Shown here piece by piece: positions 43,287 through 57,890 of a stretch of DNA of 64,000 bases. A program made the translations under genes and the position numbers. The DNA is taken from assembly GCA_964016885.1 (NCBI GenBank), contig OZ024758.1, positions 3,100,001 through 3,164,000 of the forward strand, in the 5' to 3' direction. The notes below the pieces were generated by a model, which made no database searches, was not told where the DNA came from, and saw only the letters and a program-made list of their open reading frames with translations. The stretch is from Eledone cirrhosa (taxonomy: Eukaryota). Each line of letters starts with the position of its first letter. Position 1 is the stretch's first letter.

Positions 43287-43404
43287 CTCATATGAGACAT
43301 TTATATAATACACATTTTCTTCTGTGGAAAACCGAATAAAAAGCATTCATTCGGCGGCGTTCATCCTTTTGTTTATCAATGAAATACATCAGTTTGTCTG
43401 TCGG

Positions 43405-43920
43405 TGATGTCCATTGATTTGTCGGTGATATACTTTGGTTTGTCAGGGAAGTCCATTGGTTTGTCCGTCAAATACATCGATTTCTCGGTAAAGTCCATTG
43501 GTTTGTCAAGGAAGTCCATTGGTCTGTCAAGGAAAGTCCATTGGTCTGTCAAGGAAAGTCCATTGGTCTGTCAGGAAAGTCCATTGGTCTGTCAGGAAAG
43601 TCCATTGGTTTGTCAGGAAAGTCCATTGGTCTGTCAGGAAAGTCCATTGGTTTGTCAGGAAAGTCCATTGGTCTGCCAGGGAAGTCCATTGGTCTGTCAG
43701 GAAAGTCCATTGGTTTGTCAGGAAAGTTCATTGGTTTGTCAGGAAAGTTCATTGGTTTGTCAGGAAAGTCCAATAGCTTGTCTGTGAAATCCATTGGTTT
43801 GTCAGGGAGGTCCATTGGTTTGTCAGGGAAGTCCATTGGTCTGTCAGGGAAGTCCATTGGTTTGTCAGGGAAGTCTATTTGGTTTGTCTGTGAAATCCAT
43901 TGATTTGTTGGTGAAACCTA
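43405..43920. repeat. 21-bp minisatellite (gtccattggtytgtcaggaaa)n
   Basis: About 24 units, homogeneous in the centre and degenerate at the edges; explains the SGKSIGL / MDFPDKP ORFs. Confidence 0.95.
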
Positions 43921-44254
43921 TAAGTTCAATGGCACAACAGATGATGCAAATACCTTATTTACTGTACATACACGACTGATCTGTGTACCACAAAATATGT
44001 GTTTATAATGCAAGTGAAGGAACTGCAACGTTAATGATACTCCATTACCTCAGAGGTCCGCTATACACATACAGCTATATTCAAAGTTCTAAAAGTTGGT
44101 CGTATTTCCAGGAAGTTTGTGATAATTGCGCTGAATATCAGGACCCACAGGACCTAGTTTTCTGTAGAGAGAATTTGCCTAAAATTATCTACATTCACTC
44201 ATCCCAATTTATATCATTATCATCCAGTGGACTCAGCCGTAATGGACACAGCAA

Positions 44255-44410
44255 TTGATCTGCTGTTGCCAAGTCCTGGATTTCAATACCATAATCTCTG
44301 GAGACGACATCGGGGTAGGAGAGTTTGCGTCCCCTGTTATTAGTGACTGCTTGTGGCTTCCAAATCACTAATGGGGACACGGCCGTGTAGGTGGCACGAT
44401 ATAGATCCAA
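44255..44410 (-). mobile_element. RTE-like LINE 3' ORF remnant
   Basis: SPLVIWKPQAVTNNRGRKLSYPDVVSRDYGIEIQDLATA resembles the RTE/RTE-X terminal 'LLLWKP...RGR..SY.D...RDTG...DL..AM' motif. Confidence 0.65.
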
Positions 44411-46439
44411 GGACTAGAGCTGTTGGGTGGTTGGAGTATAATTTTGTATTGGGACAACTCTCCTAACCACAGAAGACGTAAGGAAACATCAACTATGAAA
44501 TACATTTAGACTAAATTAAAGGGAACAACAAATACAACACTAAATGGATCATTCTGCATTTCAATACATTAATATACCAAACATAAAGTATGTCCTCCAG
44601 CACAGCTGAAATTTTAGAAAATATCTTTGGGAAGATATCAGCGATTAAGGATATATTGGGTCGTCAAGTACAACATTTGTAGAGATTCGTTTTTTACAAA
44701 TTTCTACGAATTTCATACCTGACGACCCAATATTAGCTTGCTTGCAAAGAAAATGTCATTACAAAAGGTTTAATATCAAAAATATATAGCTAGACCATCA
44801 AAGTATATCGATACGCCAACAATTAGTTCATTTTATAACAAATACAGACTTGTATTTTTGTTTAATGTTCTTTTATATTGTATACATTACTGTATATTTC
44901 TATATCAAACTCTACTTAATGACAGTATTATATTGCCTCACAACACTCTCCATTTTGTTGGACATTAGAGAACATTTTGTCACACGTATGGCTCTGTCAA
45001 TTGCTTAATTATCCGATGAAGGACAATTTGGCTGAACATGGAATTTATGCAACACGTATTAAATCCATTTGTAGGATTGCATGTAGGCGTCTATGATTTC
45101 TATGCTACATCTAATACAAGCAAATAAATATTCTGATATCCCTTAAAATTTATTTAAATTAAATACAAATTCATTGACATTCTAATTCTCTTTTCATATC
45201 TTTTCACCTCTAATATTTCAGGCGATAGCGTTTCCAAGAAGAAGCAGCAAAAAATATAACATGTACATATATTGATTTAATGTACAGAACCATAACGCTT
45301 TTTTGTCACTAGCAATTAATTTACGTAACAGGACATCTCTGCTGCAAAACGTATCATTTGTAATATCCAATATTTAGCAACACAAAAAAGCTCCACGTCA
45401 GTATTTGATACATAAATCACTTACAATTTCTACAATTGGATACAAGGTGCATAGAATTAAAGGCACCTGTCATTTTATATCAACGCATTTTTACTGCATT
45501 TACATTCAAATTCCTAGAATTATTATTTGTGCTTTCCCATTTAATTAAGCATATATTTATATTTCAATAAATCAAGCAGTCTTCTTTTTATATTTACCAA
45601 CATACGCTTTAATGCGTGCGCACATACACATATACACACATACACACACTCCTATGCACACGCTTTCATATGTGGATTATATGCTGTTATTTGTTCAATT
45701 AACTAGTGTTTTAAATTCATGTAATATCTCTACACATTTTTTGAAGAAATTAAATAATGATAATCTTCTAAGATATTATTTTCATATTTGTTTTATATTT
45801 TGATATAACTAATTTTCTTATTTTTGTTGTGATGTGTGATACATGATAATTCAATGAAGGACAATGTTGTATAGAATAATATTAAATATAAGTCCAGATG
45901 TCTTCTTTTTACAACGTATTTAGGAAGCAGATAAATTGAATCACATTTCATTGACACCAAATCCCAGTTCTCGACGGGAGACAAATAAATCTTACAGAAC
46001 ATATTTGTAGGCAGATGTAAACAAACATCTAAAGTATCTATATAAAAGAAGGCTGATCAAATATTGGAACAACTACGGTTACATACGGCGTCTCCATTCA
46101 TTAGAAAATAACATTAATGTGTATATAATCAATGTGAGGATATTGAAATAATTTACTGATTTTTTTTAAATATTTCGTTTCACATAGTTTAATAGTAAAT
46201 TCCTTATTTACACAAAGCTTGCGTTGTCGGTTACATAAAGTTCCGTTTGTATTCTAAACATTGAAATGTGGTCAACCAAAGAAATGCAAGGCGTGAGTCC
46301 TACTTTGAAGCTCGTGGTGGCCCTAGATACGTTTAGAGATTACTGGAGACAAAATTAGATAGAAACAGGCGAGTCCAGATGGAACCCCACAAGGAAGGGT
46401 TATTAATCATATAGCTTGGGGAAATTTCCCATCCTTAGG

Positions 46440-46768
46440 TGTATACAGACACCAAAGAAATCAGCCCAACGGTTGATTACTTGTATTCGAGGTTTCAGTG
46501 ATAGGTTTCAACATATCTACAAGATTAATCACTGACTGACCTGATTCGTGTGCAAGTTGAAGCGAAATCTCAAACCACACACTGGCGCCACTGAGGAGTT
46601 CAAATGACTTGATGGTGTTGTGAAGCTAACACTGATCAATAGACAGTGGCCTTTATATACCTCTCATACTAGTGCTGTGAGGCTGCCTATTCCTGTAGGA
46701 GAAGGTCATTTAAACAAACATAAAATATGCCTTATACGTTTAGAATACGTATAGCCCAGGGCTATACA
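46440..46768 (-). mobile_element. Possible solo LTR
   Basis: TGTATA...TATACA termini and a minus-strand TATA box (ggtatataaagg); no TSD found. Confidence 0.3.
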
Positions 46769-47059
46769 TTCACTCCATGAATTTACAATATATACACAGC
46801 AACAAATCGAACTGCTGATGTCGTTCTTCAACTAGCTTTAAGATGTGTGGCATTTGTAACCGATAGCTTCTACTACTGAAATAAAACACAGCTTTATCAA
46901 TATACCTAAATAGAAGGTAAACTGCAGGAAACGCACGCATACACACACGTGCAGATTCACATTTTCATACACACGCATACAGATTCAGATGTGTATATAT
47001 TGTAAACTTCATTGAGAGTGTGGAAAACGGCTGCGTTTAAACGCACAGCGGATATTTAA

Positions 47060-47073
47060 TTATATTATATATA

Positions 47074-47119
<46 letters not shown>

Positions 47120-47303
47120 TTATATATATATATATGAATATATATATATATATATATATATTCATATATATATATATATATATATATTCATATATGTACA
47201 TATATATATATATATATTCATATATGTACATATATACATATATATATTCATATATGTACATATATACATATATGTACATATATATATATATACATATATG
47301 TAC

Positions 47304-47356
<53 letters not shown>

Positions 47357-47583
47357 TATATTCATATATGTACATATATATATATATATACATATATATA
47401 TTCATATATGTACATATATATATATATATGTACATATATATATATATGTACATATATATATATATATATGTACATATATATATATATATATGTACATATA
47501 TATATATATATACATATATATTCATATATGTACATATATATATATACATATATATATTCATATATGTACATATATATATATTC

Positions 47584-47633
<50 letters not shown>

Positions 47634-47711
47634 CTCTCTCTCTCTATATATATCTATATATATATATCTATGTATATATATATACATTTATATATATATA
47701 TATATATATAC

Positions 47712-47751
<40 letters not shown>

Positions 47752-47778
47752 CTCTATATATATATACATATATATGTA

Positions 47779-47814
<36 letters not shown>

Positions 47815-47865
47815 TATATATATGTATATATATATATATATATATATACATGCACATATATATCC
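47060..47865. repeat. (TA)n microsatellite with TGTACA/TTCA interruptions
   Basis: Direct inspection. Confidence 0.95.
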
Positions 47866-48331
47866 TCTCATGTGTACAGAGACGTGTATTATGTAATCAT
47901 ATATAAGCCGATTCAACAAAATACTTAAGCACAGAATCACGTATAAATTTCAGTCAAAACCAACGTTCCGTAGAAACACATGTTTATTTATATCAATATA
48001 TTGCTATCTATATGAATGTTTCAATTGGAAATGTGGTGATTATGCATTCTGCTTGAGTAAGAGGAGCCACTGTTTCTATAATGTTTAATAGAATTTCACA
48101 GAAAGCTCTGTTTCTAGTTTAACATTCTAGAACTTTGTTTGGTTCTTATGCCATGACTATACGAATAAAGGAGTTAAACACAGTAATGGAATTCAGAACG
48201 GAATTAACATTTTTGGATACAGAGGGTTGCAAACATGAGAAATGAAGGTTTTATACTCAAAATAAAGATGGAAATGTGGCTAAAAGTCGAGCATGGTACC
48301 AGGAAAACAGGTATAATCGGGCAGAAGAATT

Positions 48332-48375
<44 letters not shown>

Positions 48376-48423
48376 CATACATATACATATATATACATAT
48401 ATCTATATATATACATATATATA

Positions 48424-48465
<42 letters not shown>

Positions 48466-48814
48466 CATACATATAAACATATATATAGATATATATATAT
48501 ATATATGTACATACATATATATAAATACATATAACTACATATATCCATACTTACATATACATGCATATATTCATCTACCTATATATATACATATATATAC
48601 ATAAATATATATACATATATATACACATATATATATACATATATAGATATACACACACATATATATATATATATATATACAAACATACATATACATACAT
48701 ATAAATACATATATATATATATATATATATACGTTATTCCGGGTTGAATCGGAGGTAACCACAGTAAGTAAGGTACTCAATACATAGCAGAGTATAACAG
48801 TTTTAATATAGATG

Positions 48815-48865
48815 AGATTCTACAGGACTAGAACTGTTTCATTCATTAGAAATCATCAGGAATCT
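48815..48865 (-). ncRNA. Type-I hammerhead ribozyme candidate (left arm)
   Basis: Exact reverse complement of 49580-49630. Confidence 0.7.
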
Positions 48866-49579
48866 GGGTATCAAAAAATAAATATGGTATTTATAGGTCT
48901 CTACAAGTGGTAGGAGAGGGTGGGGAGTGGGATGGGTGCAGGTCATTGGTTGATAGAGAAGGGAATTCATTAAAAGCTAATTCTACATAGCTATAGTTAA
49001 TTTATATTTATTTATGTTTTTAGAGTAACAAAGGCAGACAGAATTCTATAAACAGGTTCCGGATGGCATACCATTCCTTGTCAATAAGTTTTTCTTAAGC
49101 TAGCAGATGTCTATAAAATCAGTGGGGGGTCATTCATGCTCGATTTGGCATATTGTTGATTAGTTTAAGAGAAGTTCGAAGATAATAGTAAGATATGCAC
49201 TCAGTATTTTGAATCTGTCTGCAGAATTCCCCAGACCTTTGTCACTTAGCAGAACCTTAATGACTTTAGCTTTTGAAGAATCTCCCTTTTCTTTAATTCT
49301 ATCGAGCATGAATGACCCCCCACTGATTTTATAGACATCTGCTAGCTTAAGAGAAACTTATTGACAAGGAATGGTATGCCATCCGGAACCTGTTTATAGA
49401 ATTCTGTCTGCCTTTGTTACTCTAAAAACATAAATAAATATAAATTAACTATAGCTATGTAGAATTAGCTTTTAATGAATTCCCTTCTCTATCAACCAAT
49501 GACCTGCACCCATCCCACTCCCCACCCTCTCCTACCACTTGTAGAGACCTATAAATACCATATTTATTTTTTGATACCC

Positions 49580-49630
49580 AGATTCCTGATGATTTCTAAT
49601 GAATGAAACAGTTCTAGTCCTGTAGAATCT
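49580..49630 (+). ncRNA. Type-I hammerhead ribozyme candidate (right arm)
   Basis: Stem I agattc/gaatct, CUGAUGA, short stem II u-UUC-uaau-GAA-u, GAAA, stem III ACAG/CUGU, cleavage triplet GUA. Confidence 0.7.
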
Positions 49631-50004
49631 CATCTATATTAAAACTATATATATATATACATATATATACATATATATATATACATATATGTGTGTTATT
49701 ATGTATGTAATTGCGGTGATAGAAATAGAAAATTGGAGAAAGACCGGAAATGAAATAGAAATTTAAACGGTTTCTGAAGATTCAAACGTAACCAATGTTT
49801 CTAGATATGAAATGATTCATATGGAACGAAGCGTTTTGCAGAGTCAAAGAGTGTACGGCGTTAGAACACTATATATTCCATACTCTATATAAATGGTTTA
49901 AACGAACTAGAACAGCTGAACAACGGACATATAAACTACGATGATTTCTCAGCTTAGCGAATGTCAAATTCCTGTTTGGTATGTATTATTAGATTCGGTA
50001 GAAG

Positions 50005-50415
50005 GGCGGTCGATTGGCAGTATCGGTAGAGGGTCGGACGCCATGCTTTCCAGCATAGTTACGTCCCTTTACGATCTGAGTTCAAATCCCGCCGAGGTTG
50101 ACTTTGCCTTTCATCCTTACGGGGTCGATAAAATAAAGTACCAGTAATGCACTGGATAATTGCTGGCGTGTGCCTAAAGTAGAAACAATTATTAGATTCG
50201 GTAGAGATTTGGACACCGTGCGTTGATGCATTGAGTTACGGCCCTTGCCATTCTGAGTTCTAATCCCACCGAGGTTAACTTTGCCATTCATCCTTACGGG
50301 TTCGATAACATAAAGTACCAGTAATCCACTGGGTAATTGCTGGCCTTGTGCCAAAAGTAGAAACAATTATTAGATTGGTAGTATCGGTAGAGGGTCGGAC
50401 GCCATGCTTTCCAGC
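50005..50415 (+). mobile_element. Three tandem SINE copies (third truncated)
   Basis: Consensus matches; attattagattcggtaga is duplicated around the first copy. Confidence 0.88.
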
Positions 50416-51435
50416 TTCGAGTTAAGCCCCACATAAAATCATGTTGAATTTGTAAATCTGCCGAGTTTTGTTATATCTCTAACGTTTACAATATAATCAT
50501 TTCAGTATATTCATTTTTTAATCCTTCAGATAATAACATGTATTTTATTTTATTAACCCTTTTGTTCTTTCTATTTTGTTAGCATTTTTTAGCGCTAAGT
50601 ATCACACACATACAACACACGCACACACACATAAACATATATGCATACATGGGTGACAAGCTGTAATATCTCTACAAAATAAAGAAAATGATTTCCAGGT
50701 GGATCTATTACGTTAGACATGGACTGGGGCCAATACTGGCCAAAAGCTATCAAAGGTATCAAAGTAATGAGAGCCCAGTATACATTAAGGAAGTTATCAA
50801 AATCTCTGATATATATTGAAATATAATAGACGGCTACAATTGTCCTTTGAATGTATAAAACCTATGGATAAATTATCTGTAAATATCAGGTACGTAATTA
50901 CTAGAATTGTATAGCCCCGCCTTTATACACATTTATTATTTACTATCAGCTGAAAATATGTAAGTTTTAGGAATCTCTATCAATTATTATGAACCTTATA
51001 TTCAACAGAATGCATAGAAGATATTCATTTTGTGAACATCCTTAGAACAAATATGAAAAAAAAAACAATATATGTATCAAAACTTGCTAGTTAGGAAATA
51101 TCAAAGTAATTATGAGTTAGGAAATATCGAAGTAATTATGTTGACACGTAATGTCATATATTTTAGAGAAATATGAATTATATAAATTCATATATGATTA
51201 CCACCTAGTAGAGAATCCTTAAATGAATATTTCTAATTATAATAATTACAGTTTGTCACTGGTTCAGATGATCAGTAACCTTGATGCTGCGATGATATTT
51301 TGTGGCGTTACTTAGGCTTGCATATGAGGTTAGTGTTGAGATATTAATCATTAACTCGTTTGGAAATGTGTTAATGAAATACTAGTAATCTGTTGCATTT
51401 AATATTTTTGGTAGCCCAAACCAAATTCTTCATAT

Positions 51436-51648
51436 GATAATGGTTTCTTATATAGGCACAAGGCCAGCAATTTTGGAGGACGCAAAAGTCGATTAAATCA
51501 ACCCCAGTGCATGACTGGTACTTTATTTTATCGACCCCGATAAAATATAGGCAAAGTTAACCACGGCGGGATGTGAACTCAGAATGACAAGGACCGTAAC
51601 TCTATGCGTCAAAGCATGGCGTTCGACCGTCTACCCATACTGCCAATC
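51436..51648 (-). mobile_element. tRNA-derived SINE (long variant)
   Basis: Consensus match. Confidence 0.85.
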
Positions 51649-52029
51649 TAGCGAACTTCTTCATATGTTAATAGACATGATAATACTAAGGAAGTAATGA
51701 TAATAGTAAGGAAGTAATGATAATAGTAATGAAGTATATAAAATATGAGGATATGTTGTAATTCCAAAATTAGGTAGCCAGGGATTAGAAATGAGAACCC
51801 ACTACCTGTCGGGACACTGTAGCCATCAACATGTCCATGCTTCTTGAACTTCGCCAACACTACACCTGATGTTACACCTCCACACACACACACACACACA
51901 CACACACGCATATATCTGTGTGTATATCATGACTCATATAGTGTTCACTTTCCCGATATTTGCATATTATTCTATGTATTATACATGAACCTTTGATAAG
52001 CTGTAGAGCACCTGAGGACTGTACACAAT

Positions 52030-52340
52030 AAGGTAACTTTGCATTCCAAACTTACGGGGTCGATAAAATAAAGTACCAGTAATGTACTGGGTAATTGATG
52101 GCCTTGTGCCAAATGTAGAACCAATTATTATTATTATTATTATTATATATGCGGTGAATTGGCAGTATCTGTAGAGGGTTGGACGCCATGATTTCCAGCA
52201 TAGTTACGTCCCTTTACGGTCTGAGTTCAAATCCCGTCGAGGTTACCTTTGCCTTTTGTCCTTACGGGGTCGATAAAATAAGGTAGCAGTAATGTACTGG
52301 GTAATTGCTGGCCTTGTGCCTAAAGTAGAAACGATTATTA
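52030..52340 (+). mobile_element. Two tandem SINE copies
   Basis: Partial copy with (ATT)n tail followed by a full copy. Confidence 0.85.
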
Positions 52341-52456
52341 TATATGTGTTAGTGTATGTATGCATGCATGCATGTATAGACTACCAAACACACACACTAA
52401 AACACAAACGCACGGATGTACACGTAGAGACACACACACTGCCATATATATATATA

Positions 52457-52641
52457 TAACAAAGGAATTGTAGTAAGGAACCAGATGGACCATTACGCAC
52501 CAGAGTACTCAATACTTAGGGTAGGAAATAGGAAATAGGGTGGGAAATAGGAAAAAGTATGACCCCGAGCTCAAGCCGTTTCGACGGCTATTTCTGGACT
52601 CGAAACGGCTTGAGCCCTGCCGTCGGTGTTATACTTTTCCC
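52457..52641. mobile_element. Family A palindromic element with deleted centre
   Basis: Arm matches the 10953 copy; centre tttcgacggctatttctggactcgaaacggc; embedded in (TA)n. Confidence 0.8.
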
Positions 52642-52744
52642 ATATATATATACATATATATATAAGCTAAACATAAATAACAATACAATCAGTAAAGTAT
52701 GTAGGAGGAATATATTAGGTTAACGCTTTAAATAGCTGAAGAGG

Positions 52745-52782
52745 CTCTTAATGTTTCGGATGCTAGTCCTTCATCAGAAGAG
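52745..52782 (-). ncRNA. Minimal PLE-type hammerhead candidate (family H)
   Basis: Minus strand: ctctt CUGAUGA aGGA-cuagca-UCC GAAAC AUU A agag. Stem III is consistent with a decayed AACGUU palindrome. Confidence 0.6.
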
Positions 52783-54055
52783 AGAATGAGAAATTAGTTC
52801 GAAGGGAACTGCGGGGTGTATTTGGAAACAATGTTTTTAGAGAAAAATAAGAGGTTCATTCAACTTGCCACACACACACACACACACACACATATGTATA
52901 TATATATTCCATACTATACTGTATTTTAGAATCGACAATTCATTTAACAAGGTATACTCTGAATCCTCCTCCTCTCTAACTGAAGGCTTCCAAGTGTATT
53001 TCATGTTACAACTGACATGACAGATGTAATTTGTAGACCCACGTATTAAAAAGCTCTGAGCATAAAACATGCAAGTGCGTTTCTCTCGCATTCGGCCTTC
53101 CTTCCAGTATGAACTTACTCCAAGAATATCATTATTTAAATGTCTACAAATATTCTGTCCGGCAATTTACATTAGCACATTTAAGATATCGTGAGAGCCA
53201 TATATTTTGAAAGTGTGTGTTTATTTACAGAAAATTTCTCTTTATTTCAATCCTTAATTATTTATGAAAAGAATTTAAAATAACATTATGAATATAATTG
53301 AGGTAGAAATAATATCAATCAACAAATAAAATCTTTATGTATTCATGAAAGTGTGTTTGGTTTATTTAAAGTTGGAAAGCGTTAAATATCTTTGAATAAA
53401 AATATGCATGCCTCTCTGAGACCAAGATATAATATGTGTTTATTGATACAACACGTTAATACACACTCAAATACACATACACACATATTTCTTACAAATC
53501 TATATATGTGTGTGTGTGTGTGCATGTCCACATACATGTATATATATATACATATAATGTATATATATATATGTATATATGCCTGTATATACATATACAC
53601 ACACATATATATGTATACGAATATATATTGAATATATATACGTATACATATATATATACATAAATATATACATATGTGTGTGTGAGTATTTCGTGTGTAA
53701 GTCATGTCTCTCGTGTTGTATCAAGGAAGATGGAATATATTATTACTAATATTGAACGTAATAGAATTCACATAAATGCAGAAACCTGAACAAGTTCCTT
53801 CCATTTTATGTTGTTCATAAAATCCTTCATACAACATGGTTCTGTCTTCCAGTAAATGTGGATCACACAATTTCTGTAATGTGCTGCATACAAATAAGGT
53901 AATTTGAAACCTAACTGATAGTATGATCAATGAAGTAAACATGCATGCAGAAGAAGAGGTGAAATATTAAGCACAATATTTCTAAAATCTTCAGTCATTA
54001 ACGCCCCATTAGATTATTTTTGAAATGTATATGGTCTTACACTGCTAGCTTAAAA

Positions 54056-54101
<46 letters not shown>

Positions 54102-54184
54102 AACTAAACAAAGTAGAGAACACAGAAAACGAGGCAAAACATACATACATGTATACATACATATATGTATATATACATACATGT

Positions 54185-54227
<43 letters not shown>

Positions 54228-54230
54228 TAT

Positions 54231-54306
<76 letters not shown>

Positions 54307-54424
54307 AATAATAGAAGAGTGGGAAATGAAATTTCGTTTCATTTTTTTATTTATCGTTTTCGGTGCACCCGGCCGTTAATATGCATAAGGTAAGTATATA
54401 CGTTCAACAATCTGGCAGGAAGGT

Positions 54425-54625
54425 ATACGTTACTGACGAGAGCTAATAAGCTTGAAACTAGTACAGCGTTCCTTTGTCAGTGTTGAACAAACGAGCAACG
54501 ATGGTTGCTGGACACTAAGGCTTAATACGGGATGTTTGTTTACAAACACATCGAGCATTATAATAAATGTTCGGTGAATCCATACGTACATATATATATA
54601 TATGTGCATGTATGTATATATACAT
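54425..54625 (+). mobile_element. Family E element
   Basis: About 200 bp, with an inverted homologue at 57030-57233. Confidence 0.75.
54427..54469 (+). ncRNA. Minimal PLE-type hammerhead candidate (family E)
   Basis: acgtta CUGACGA GAGC-uaauaa-GCUU GAA ACUAGU A cagcgt; palindromic stem III, GUA triplet. Confidence 0.7.
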
Positions 54626-55798
<1,173 letters not shown>

Positions 55799-56713
55799 GA
55801 GAGAGAAGTGGCGTCTGGAGGACGAGAAAAGTTTCATTCTGAGGAATTCATTAGGAAACCCCCGATTGAACCCGGGATAAACATATATATATATATCTGT
55901 TTGGGTGTGTGTGAGAGAGAGGGAGAGATAGATAGATAGAGATATCGATGGCGTGGAGGGAGGGGGGAGAAAGAGAGAAGTAGAAAGAGTATTATCATGA
56001 TTGGAAGAACAAATGAATTATAGAAAGATGAGACGGGCAGATAAATTATAGACAAACAGTCAGACAAAGAAATACCGAAAACAGATGTGCAAATCGGAGA
56101 ATGTCTAAACTCGGTCACATGATGGAGTTTACTTTACAACACTTCCAATAAATCTATAGACATAACAATGTTCTTGTTTATCGTTTGATCCAGGCTTTTA
56201 TTTCAGAAAGTATGTTGAGGATATATGTAATGATTTAATGGTTAAATGCATTCCTTCAGACACAAAACTCAAGCTTACCGAAGCTTACCGTTTCAGCCCA
56301 CACATTTTCATACATATATTTATTTACCACAAGAAAATAAAAAAATAAACATGCCCACGTTAAGGAAAGACCACCAACATGTATTATAATCTATACGTAT
56401 GAATTGAGGATATTGCAGTAACTCGGAGAGAAGTTATCTGCTGGTCATTAGTCATCCGAGAATGGTGTATAATATAGGTTCGTTCATAGTTAAATTACAT
56501 TTGCATGGCCTATCATATTTGTTCGGAAGAGAAATAAAATACTAACATCAAACGATGCATTACAGTCACGCAAATACAAACATACACACATGCCCCCCAC
56601 CACACACATACACATACACACACACACACACAAATATACTAAGATACACACACACACACACACACCTACATAAATATATATAATATTTAATTTAGAAATG
56701 GCTTCCACGTGGG

Positions 56714-56883
56714 TAGAACTGTTTTATTCGTATGAAATCGTCAGTAAATTCACGATGATTTCATACGAATGAAACAGTTCTATTCCTGTAAAAGTCATTT
56801 CTATATTACATATGATGTTTATACTCTACTACTGCATTGAGTACCTTTTGAACTCTGGTGGCAACCCATTTAACACGGGATCT

Positions 56884-56885
<2 letters not shown>
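56714..56885. mobile_element. Family D short head-to-head copy with two damaged hammerhead cores
   Basis: tagaactgttttattcgtatgaaatcgtcag / cgatgatttcatacgaatgaaacagttcta hairpin; tail gcattgagtacctt is homologous to 48760-48790. Confidence 0.7.
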
Positions 56886-56932
<47 letters not shown>

Positions 56933-57029
56933 TATTGACACTGAATTTATACCACTGACCTTCAGTACTTTTAATATATATATATATATAAGTATGTATA
57001 CGTACATACATATATGTATACAGACAGAT

Positions 57030-57233
57030 GTATATATATATACATCATGCACACATATATATATATGTACGTATGGATTTACCGAACATATATTATAATG
57101 CTCGGTTTGTTTGTAAACAAACATCCCGAATTAAGTTGTACAGTGTTTAGCAACCATCGTTGCCCCTTTGTTTAACACTGACAAAGGAACGATGTACTAG
57201 TTTCAAGCTTATTAGCTATCGTCAGCACCGTAT
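57030..57233 (-). mobile_element. Family E element (inverted) with hammerhead at 57189-57231
   Basis: Minus strand: acggtg CUGACGA uAGC-uaauaa-GCUu GAA ACUAGU A catcgt. Confidence 0.75.
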
Positions 57234-57777
57234 TAAGTAACAGCCGTACTAAGAGTGAGTGAGAAATGAAATTTCTTTTCATTTTTTCCATTTATATATA
57301 TATATGAGTAAGTATGTTTTGAAAGAGTGAGCAGGTTTGAAATTAGAAAATAGAATAGCTTTTATATATATACATACATATATAAAAAAATTATACCTAA
57401 CTTTTCTTCTTAGTACCTAGAAATTAACTGGACAAATAATCTAGTTAATTTCTACGGGTGAAGTAGAAAAAATTAGCAAAACTTTATCTGACTGCTCTTC
57501 AAACTTATATAATTATTAATCGGAGCTATATTAAAATCATATCTAATTCATTCATGTAGCCACAACCTTAAAGGTATCTCACACTCATATTATATGTATG
57601 TATGATTATGTTGAAATATATATCTATTCTTTGTTATTTTTCTCTAAAGTCATTTTTCACCAATTCCAATCCGCCCGGCCCTTCAATCTATCATATTTCT
57701 CATTCTTTCTTCTGATGATAACACATTCCTTCTATATACTGTACCGATTGTGTTGTTATCGCTGTTTATATTTTACA

Positions 57778-57890
<113 letters not shown>

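Larger units (their letters stand above)
48732..49646. mobile_element. Penelope-like inverted pseudo-LTR structure (family D)
   Basis: Arms 48799-49144 and 49301-49646 (346 bp, one mismatch seen), 156-bp spacer, extra tail 48732-48798. Each arm has CCAAT, TATAAATA and a hammerhead motif; flanked by (TA)n. Confidence 0.85.

Noticed and set aside
43404-43979. Repetitive ORFs or CRISPR-like array
   Set aside because: Contiguous 21-bp tandem units without unique spacers, no cas genes, and a eukaryotic context.
49769-49795. ggtttCTGAAGAttcaaacgtaacc mini-hammerhead
   Set aside because: No stem II and no G of GAAA; unsupported.
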